Source: Limnochordia bacterium (lineage in GTDB: Bacteria > Bacillota > Limnochordia > DTU080). From it: a stretch of 64,000 bases of DNA. The notes under the pieces are model-generated. The model saw nothing but the letters and a program-made list of their open reading frames with translations, ran no database searches and was not told the origin of the DNA. Where the stretch lies: contig JBMNJG010000004.1 in assembly GCA_050951545.1 (NCBI GenBank), positions 160,001 to 224,000 on the forward strand. The letters are read 5' to 3'. The translations under genes and the position numbers were made by a program. Shown piece after piece: positions 58,247 to 64,000 of this stretch; the first letter of the stretch is position 1, and every line of letters begins with the position of its first letter.

Positions 58247-60481
58247 GTGGCAGAGAGGGTTCAAGCTTTGGCTGGCACACAGCCGCTGGAACGTGACACA
58301 GATGTTGGCAAAGAGACCCTGCAGGGCTTGAGCCTCTTGCTCGATCGGGAGATTAGGGCTGCAGATCAGAAGCGCTACGCGAACTTGGCGCGTTTGGCGA
58401 CTCGTCAGGATCGCCTTGCTCAGGTGTCTCTTCGACGAGAGCAGTTGGCGCGTATCGCAGGTGTAGTAGACCAGCGTCTTCCCATGAGGGATCTCGAGTT
58501 GGTGGTGTCACCGACGGAGCCGACGTCTTTGGCTCGGGCGGCAAACTATGAGGTAATGGCGGTTCGCTGGCCAGTTCTTCCTGGTGTGGAAGGTGAAGGT
58601 CTGCTTCTTCAGCCCAAAGGTAACCCGCTTGCCTGCGTCATTGCCATTCCCGACGCAGACTGGTCGCCTGAGATGATAGTGGGTCTGGGGTCGAGTTTGC
58701 CCCAGAAAGCGCAGTTCGCAAGGCGCCTCGCTGAGTTTGGTTGTCAGGTTGTGGTACCGACCCTTATCGATCGGGCGTGCCAGTGGTCTGGGAATCCCGA
58801 GATTCGGATGACCAACCAGCCTCATCGAGAGTTCGTCTATCGCATGGCCTACCAGATGGGGAGGCACATAATAGGCTACGAGGTCCAGAAAATTCTGAGT
58901 CTAGTGGACCTGTTCTCAAGCCGAAAGCAGGGCCCAATCATCCTGTTTGGCTACGGCGAGGGAGGCTTGCTCGCGCTGTATAGCGCAGCTCTTGATGAGC
59001 GCATCTGCGGAGCTGGTGTCAGCGGGTATTTCCGTAACCGGTGTGGAGTATGGCAAGAGCCGATCTACAGAAATGTGTGGCAGCTACTTTGCGGCTGCTC
59101 GGATGCTGAAGTGGCTGCATGCATAGCACCCCGGCCGCTAGTTGTCGAGGCCAGTCCGGGTCCGCAGGTCGAGGGGCCCCCTCCGCGTACTGACGTGCGG
59201 GGTGGAGCGGCACCCGGCGTCTTGGCTCCCGCTCCCCTGGCGGAGGTACGCGCCGAGATAGCCCTAGCCAGGCAGGCCTATGCAGCTTCTGGTGCTGCCG
59301 AACAGATCGTCTTGGTCGAGTCCAGCAACAACCTCTCCGTGGGCACGGATGAGGCTCTCGGGGCGCTGCTGCACGCCTGCGGGGTCGCGGTGAAGAAAGA
59401 CGTACCAATGCAGGCGAGTCCGCACCTCATTCGCTCTTGCGATCCCGAGAGCCGTCAAAAGCGGCAGTTTGACCAGCTCTGTGCGCATTGTCAGCGATTG
59501 TGGCAAGCATCGGCCAAGCAGCGCAAGGTCTTCTGGAAACAGGCAGACGCGACGTCTGTAGATAGTTGGGAGAAGTCCGTTGAGTGGTACCGCGGTTACT
59601 TTCGCGACGAGTTGATTGGGCCTATGCCTCAGATAAACAGGTCGCTGGGTGCGCGAAGCCGCCTGATCGAGTCAACTCCGGACTATGCGCTTTTCGAGGT
59701 CGTCATTCACGTTTGGGATGGGGTGCCAGCCTTTGCCTACATGCTGGTCCCTCATGACATCACGGATGATGAGAAGCGCCCTGTGGTCGTCTGCCAGCAC
59801 GGGCTAGGAGGCAACCCCAAGGCCGTGCTCCAGGAGGGCGGGTACAAGGCCATGGCCCGTCGCCTGGCAGTACATGGCTATATTGTCCTGGCACCACAAA
59901 ATCCTTCTATAGGGCCTGCCGGGGATGCTTTTCGCGTATTGCAGCGCAAAGCCAACCCGCTGGGGCGTTCGCTCTTCTCGTTTATTACGGGAATACACGA
60001 AGCCTGGCTCACTTGGCTAGCCACATTCCCCTTCGTAGACGAAAAGCGTATCGCCTTGTACGGCCTGTCGTACGGCGGCAAGACGGCCCTGCGCGTGCCC
60101 GCGTTGCTGAAGCAGTACGCCCTCGCCATCTGTTCGGGCGATTTCAACGAGTGGATCATGAAGACCGTCAGCGATGAGTTCTTCTCCAGCTACATGTTTA
60201 CGGGTGAGTATGAGATCTTTGAGTATGGGCTTGGGGAGAGCTTCAATCACGCAGAGATGGTCTATCTCATCGCTCCTCGTCCATTCATGGTCGAGCGAGG
60301 TCATGATGACGCATGCAGTACTGACGAGTGGGTCGCTTTTGAGTACGCCAAGGTTCGCTATCTCTACGACCGATTGGGCATTGGTGAGCGCACCGAGCTA
60401 GAGGTCTTCTCTGGTGGACACGAGATCCACCTACAAGGAACCTTAGAATTTCTGGATCACCATCTTGGCTGGCGGAAATAA
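58247..60481 (+). CDS. Tandem alpha/beta-hydrolase (dienelactone hydrolase/esterase-like) protein
   Basis: Two hydrolase repeats: GYGEGG...ALDERI and VVCQHG...YGLSYGGKTA...IAPRPFMVERG...GGHEI. Confidence 0.75.
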   Translation: MAERVQALAGTQPLERDTDVGKETLQGLSLLLDREIRAADQKRYANLARLATRQDRLAQVSLRREQLARIAGVVDQRLPMRDLELVVSPTEPTSLARAANYEVMAVRWPVLPGVEGEGLLLQPKGNPLACVIAIPDADWSPEMIVGLGSSLPQKAQFARRLAEFGCQVVVPTLIDRACQWSGNPEIRMTNQPHREFVYRMAYQMGRHIIGYEVQKILSLVDLFSSRKQGPIILFGYGEGGLLALYSAALDERICGAGVSGYFRNRCGVWQEPIYRNVWQLLCGCSDAEVAACIAPRPLVVEASPGPQVEGPPPRTDVRGGAAPGVLAPAPLAEVRAEIALARQAYAASGAAEQIVLVESSNNLSVGTDEALGALLHACGVAVKKDVPMQASPHLIRSCDPESRQKRQFDQLCAHCQRLWQASAKQRKVFWKQADATSVDSWEKSVEWYRGYFRDELIGPMPQINRSLGARSRLIESTPDYALFEVVIHVWDGVPAFAYMLVPHDITDDEKRPVVVCQHGLGGNPKAVLQEGGYKAMARRLAVHGYIVLAPQNPSIGPAGDAFRVLQRKANPLGRSLFSFITGIHEAWLTWLATFPFVDEKRIALYGLSYGGKTALRVPALLKQYALAICSGDFNEWIMKTVSDEFFSSYMFTGEYEIFEYGLGESFNHAEMVYLIAPRPFMVERGHDDACSTDEWVAFEYAKVRYLYDRLGIGERTELEVFSGGHEIHLQGTLEFLDHHLGWRK

Positions 60482-60505
60482 CCGCAAAGGCTCAGGGGGT
60501 TCTGC

Positions 60506-60533
60506 TTGACACTCTCGTATGCTGTGCTATACT
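60506..60533 (+). promoter_or_regulatory. SigA-type promoter of cysE-cysS
   Basis: TTGACA-16 bp-TATACT with a TG extension. Confidence 0.8.
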
Positions 60534-60548
60534 GAGCGCACATACGTA

Positions 60549-60835
60549 AAGACGATGAAGGGGAGGTACCCCGACAACACTGCCTCTGCAGAGAAGAGCT
60601 GCCATAGGCTGCGAGTAGCTCTGAGGTATCGTTGGGAGTAGTGCACCCCCAAGTCGCCAGCAGAAGCCGCTGTCACGAAGCGGTAGTATGTGAGGCCGGA
60701 AGCGCCCGTTAACGCGCTAGGGCATGGATTGTGTGTGATGCCCGAAAAGAGACCGCTCCTGGTCGAGAAGCAGGGTGGAACCGCGGAAGCGTTGATGCTT
60801 GCCGCCTCTGTATGAAAGCAGAGGCGGCTTTTTCG
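60549..60835 (+). ncRNA. T-box leader (Cys specifier)
   Basis: AGAGA/GGCTG stem I motifs, specifier TGC at 60642-60644, T-box AGGGTGGAACCGCG at 60772-60785, terminator GCCGCCTCTG/CAGAGGCGGC plus T-tract. Confidence 0.93.
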
Positions 60836-60883
60836 TTCGCTAAGTTCAGCAGGATGAATGATGGGTGAGAAGAAGGTGAGGCT

Positions 60884-61573
60884 ATGTTCCGCTCCATGGC
60901 GAATGACATGCGAGCAGTGTTGGATAGAGATCCTGCGTGCCGCAATCGCCTAGAGGTGCTGTTGTGCTATCCGGGCTTTCATGCCCTTGTGCTCCATCGC
61001 CTAGCCCATGCACTGTGGCGCGGTAGGCTCTTTCTGCTGGCTCGCCTGATCTCACACGCTAGTCGTTTCCTCACGGGTGTTGAGATACATCCAGGGGCAA
61101 CGATCGGTCGAGGCGTGTTTATCGACCACGGCATGGGCGTGGTCATCGGAGAAACGGCAGAGATAGGTGACAACGTCACCTTGTATCAGCACATTGTACT
61201 CGGTGGTACGGGCAAGGAGCGCGGCAAGCGCCACCCCACGATTGAGCGAAATGTGGTCATCGGTGCTGGGGCTAAGGTGCTCGGAGCGCTGCAGATCGGC
61301 GAAGGAGCCCGTATTGGTGCTGGAGCGGTTGTTTTGCAGGATGTACCAGCGCAAGCTACAGTCGTCGGAGTGCCAGGCCGCGTGGTTCGAGAGAACGGAC
61401 GGCGTGTCAAGGATACGATCAACCTCGACCACGGCTCTTTGCCGGACCCTGTAGATGTGACACTGCACAATCTTATGCAGCGGCTGGGGCGGCTGGAGCA
61501 ACGATTGGCAGAGCTTGAGACAAAGCCCTCCTTCGGCAGTACAACACCCTTCAGAGACGACGTTACGGCCTAG
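60884..61573 (+). CDS. cysE: Serine O-acetyltransferase
   Basis: [39 protein letters not shown]. Confidence 0.97.
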   Translation: MFRSMANDMRAVLDRDPACRNRLEVLLCYPGFHALVLHRLAHALWRGRLFLLARLISHASRFLTGVEIHPGATIGRGVFIDHGMGVVIGETAEIGDNVTLYQHIVLGGTGKERGKRHPTIERNVVIGAGAKVLGALQIGEGARIGAGAVVLQDVPAQATVVGVPGRVVRENGRRVKDTINLDHGSLPDPVDVTLHNLMQRLGRLEQRLAELETKPSFGSTTPFRDDVTA

Positions 61574-61608
61574 CCTAACTCAACACACCATAGTGAAAAG
61601 GATGGATC

Positions 61609-63057
61609 ATGGTGGAGATTCGGGTCACAAACACACTCACTCGGCAGAAGGAGCCTCTGATCCCTCTGCGTCCGGGTCAGATAAGTATGTATGTCTGTGG
61701 CGTCACCCCCTACGACGCTACTCACGCTGGGCACGCGCGCCCCGCGGTGGTCTTTGACGTAGTACGCAGATTCCTCCAGCGCAAAGGCTTTCAGGTGCGC
61801 ATGGTCCAGAACTTCACGGACGTAGACGACAAGATCATCGCCAGGGCCAACGAGCGAGGGCGTGATCCGCTGGAGCTGGCTCAGACATACTCGCAGGAGT
61901 ACCTACAGAGCATGGATCGTCTCGGGGTTGGGCGTGCGGATGTCTATCCGCGTGTCTCGGAACACATCGCTGATGTGATTGCGATGGTGGAGGAGCTTGT
62001 ACGGAAGGGCTTCGCGTACGTTGCGGATGGCGACGTGTTCTTTGATGTATCTCGCTTCCCGGAATACGGCAGACTATCCAACCAGAAACTGAGTGAGCTT
62101 GAGACAGGAACTCGTTTTGATGTTGATGAGCGGAAGCGTCATCCGGCAGACTTTGCGCTGTGGAAGGCCACAAGACCTGACGAGCCTGCATGGGACAGTC
62201 CCTGGGGGCACGGACGCCCTGGCTGGCATATTGAATGTTCCGCCATGTCCTCTCGCTACCTGGGCGATCAGATAGATATCCATGGCGGCGGAGTCGACTT
62301 GGTCTTTCCCCATCACGAGAATGAGATCGCCCAAAGTGAAGCCTTTAGCGGCCGGACTCCTTTTGTGCGCTACTGGCTCCATAATGGGTTGGTCAATCTG
62401 AACGGCGAGAAGATGTCGAAGTCCTTGGGCAATTTCCTGTCCGTGGAGGATGTTCTGGCCAAGTATCCAGCAGCGCTGCTGCGCTTTTTCATCTTGTCAC
62501 ACCACTATCGCAGCCCAGTGGATTTCGCTTCGGAGCACCTGGAAGCGGCACGCAAGGGTTGGCAGCGACTAAACACCCTGGTATGGGAATTACTGGATCT
62601 AGGGCTGAGCCCACAGTGGCCGGGGTTGACCAGCCTGTGGTCTGGAGAGGCAGAGCTTGATCCAAAGGGTCTGGGGGAGACTACAGCTAAGGCTGTACGT
62701 GAGTTTGATGAGGCTATGAGTGATGATTTCAACACGCCTCGGGCGATCGGAGTTCTCTTTGACGTAGTACGTGAGGTGCGAGCCGCTGGCATGGAGGCAA
62801 AGGGTATGGTATCAGCGCTGAGCTTCTTGCAGGAAGCGGCTGGTGATATTCTAGGTGTTCTGAGTGAGCGACCGTCTGAAATCCCCAGCGAAGACCTGAG
62901 TGCGCAGTTACTCGAGATGCTGGTGGAACTGAGGGGCGATGCTCGTGAACGCAGGGACTGGGCACAAGCCGATCGCATTCGCGATCGATTGAAGGAGCTT
63001 GGAGTCATGCTGGAGGATACGCCCGCGGGAACACGCTGGGTGGTTCGAAGCAAGTGA
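61609..63057 (+). CDS. cysS: Cysteine--tRNA ligase
   Basis: YVCGVT, HAGH (HIGH), GRPGWHIECSAM, FPHHENE, KMSKS. Confidence 0.98.
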   Translation: MVEIRVTNTLTRQKEPLIPLRPGQISMYVCGVTPYDATHAGHARPAVVFDVVRRFLQRKGFQVRMVQNFTDVDDKIIARANERGRDPLELAQTYSQEYLQSMDRLGVGRADVYPRVSEHIADVIAMVEELVRKGFAYVADGDVFFDVSRFPEYGRLSNQKLSELETGTRFDVDERKRHPADFALWKATRPDEPAWDSPWGHGRPGWHIECSAMSSRYLGDQIDIHGGGVDLVFPHHENEIAQSEAFSGRTPFVRYWLHNGLVNLNGEKMSKSLGNFLSVEDVLAKYPAALLRFFILSHHYRSPVDFASEHLEAARKGWQRLNTLVWELLDLGLSPQWPGLTSLWSGEAELDPKGLGETTAKAVREFDEAMSDDFNTPRAIGVLFDVVREVRAAGMEAKGMVSALSFLQEAAGDILGVLSERPSEIPSEDLSAQLLEMLVELRGDARERRDWAQADRIRDRLKELGVMLEDTPAGTRWVVRSK

Positions 63058-63491
63058 GAGTAGCCTTTTTGTCAGGCCTTGGGCGCCTAGACGCCTCCGA
63101 GGCGCGTCAAGTGCATCCTTTGGCGTTAGCTTATCTAGGAGACGCGGTTTTCGAGCTTTATGTGCGCGATCGCCTCTTGGCTGGTGTCGCTCTTCCAGCC
63201 GCAGAGCTGCATAGACAGGCAGTGATGCGGGTTCGAGCCACAGCTCAGGCGTTCGTCTTGCGTGCATGCTTGGACGAACTCACGGATGATGAGGCCGACG
63301 TCGTGCGGCGGGCGCGCAACGCCCGCTGCTCGTCTTATCGACATGTGGATTCTGCTGACTATCACTATAGTACGGCTTTCGAAGCGCTCTTGGGATACTT
63401 GTACCTGCTGGGGTGCGAGGAGCGGCTCGAACAGCTGATGGAAGTAGCCTTCGAGATGGCGGACCAGCGAGAAAATGGGGGCGAGCATTGA
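63054..63491 (+). CDS. mrnC: Mini-ribonuclease III
   Basis: LALAYLGDAVFELYVR, RRARN, STAFEALLGYLYL; located between cysS and rlmB. Confidence 0.93.
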   Translation: MRVAFLSGLGRLDASEARQVHPLALAYLGDAVFELYVRDRLLAGVALPAAELHRQAVMRVRATAQAFVLRACLDELTDDEADVVRRARNARCSSYRHVDSADYHYSTAFEALLGYLYLLGCEERLEQLMEVAFEMADQRENGGEH

Positions 63492-63492
63492 G

Positions 63493-64000
63493 GTGTATAG
63501 GTCAAAATCTGAGAAGCAAGGAGTGCCACGGCCCTCAGTGTCAGATCGGGAGCTCAAACAGGTGGAAGGGCGTAATCCGGTACGTGAGGCATTACGAGCA
63601 GGCCGATCTATGGAGCGGATTCTGATACTCAGCGAAGAGCGTAGCGGGCCTCTCACTGAGATCAGGCAACTGGCTCGTCAGCGTGGTGTACGAGTAGACG
63701 TGGTCGACAAGGAATACCTAGACAGGCGAAGCGTCACAGGCAGCCATCAGGGTGTGATCGCCTTGACGGCCGCCAAGGCTTACGTCGACGTGGATGAGAT
63801 TCTGCGGATAGCCAAGGAGCGTGAAGAGTCGCCTCTGCTATTGCTGTGCGACGGAGTGCAGGACCCGCACAATCTAGGGGCGCTGTTGCGTAGTGCAGAG
63901 GCCATGGGCGTCCATGGGGTCGTTATCCCTGCTCGTCGAGCCGTGGGGCTTACTGCTACAGTGGCGAAGACCTCAGCTGGGGCAGTTGAGCATGTGGCGG
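63493..64000 (+). CDS. rlmB: 23S rRNA Gm2251 methyltransferase (partial, runs off the window end)
   Basis: EGRNPVREAL, HQGVIA, DGVQDPHNLGALLRSA, KTSAGAVEHV; start approximate. Confidence 0.92.
   Translation, partial: MYRSKSEKQGVPRPSVSDRELKQVEGRNPVREALRAGRSMERILILSEERSGPLTEIRQLARQRGVRVDVVDKEYLDRRSVTGSHQGVIALTAAKAYVDVDEILRIAKEREESPLLLLCDGVQDPHNLGALLRSAEAMGVHGVVIPARRAVGLTATVAKTSAGAVEHVA

Noticed and set aside
1-64000. CRISPR arrays, tRNA/rRNA genes, IS elements, prophage or defence systems
   Set aside because: No spaced repeats, cloverleaf motifs, transposase, integrase or phage structural genes seen by eye

Overview
A 64-kb core-chromosome segment from a GC-rich, endospore-forming Bacillota (Firmicutes) genome. 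It carries the conserved spoIIE-tilS-ftsH region, the ctsR-mcsA-mcsB-clpC-radA-disA-carD-PIN/TRAM-ispDF region and the cysE-cysS-mrnC-rlmB region. Interspersed metabolic blocks are an ADP-dependent sugar kinase, cysK, a SAM-riboswitch metY-metX operon, birA/bioY, a corrinoid methyltransferase module co-oriented with a SRAP/YedK gene, a Leloir gal operon, a MoxR operon, spmAB, an FMN-riboswitch rib operon, an orphan Na+-decarboxylase beta subunit, and a solute-binding protein/hydrolase pair. RNA elements are SAM-I and FMN riboswitches, a Cys T-box, and an unassigned multi-stem leader with partial TPP-riboswitch-like motifs at 56.75-56.85 kb. I saw no tRNA, rRNA, CRISPR array, transposase or integrase. 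The most notable observations are the TPP-like leader RNA, the corrinoid/RACo/UroD-like/SRAP unit, a small ORF resembling a detached GalT N-terminus, a +1 frameshift in birA, a hairpin insertion in the FMN aptamer and an unlisted 25-aa hydrophobic peptide. All product calls come from motif recognition by eye, and no database searches were run.
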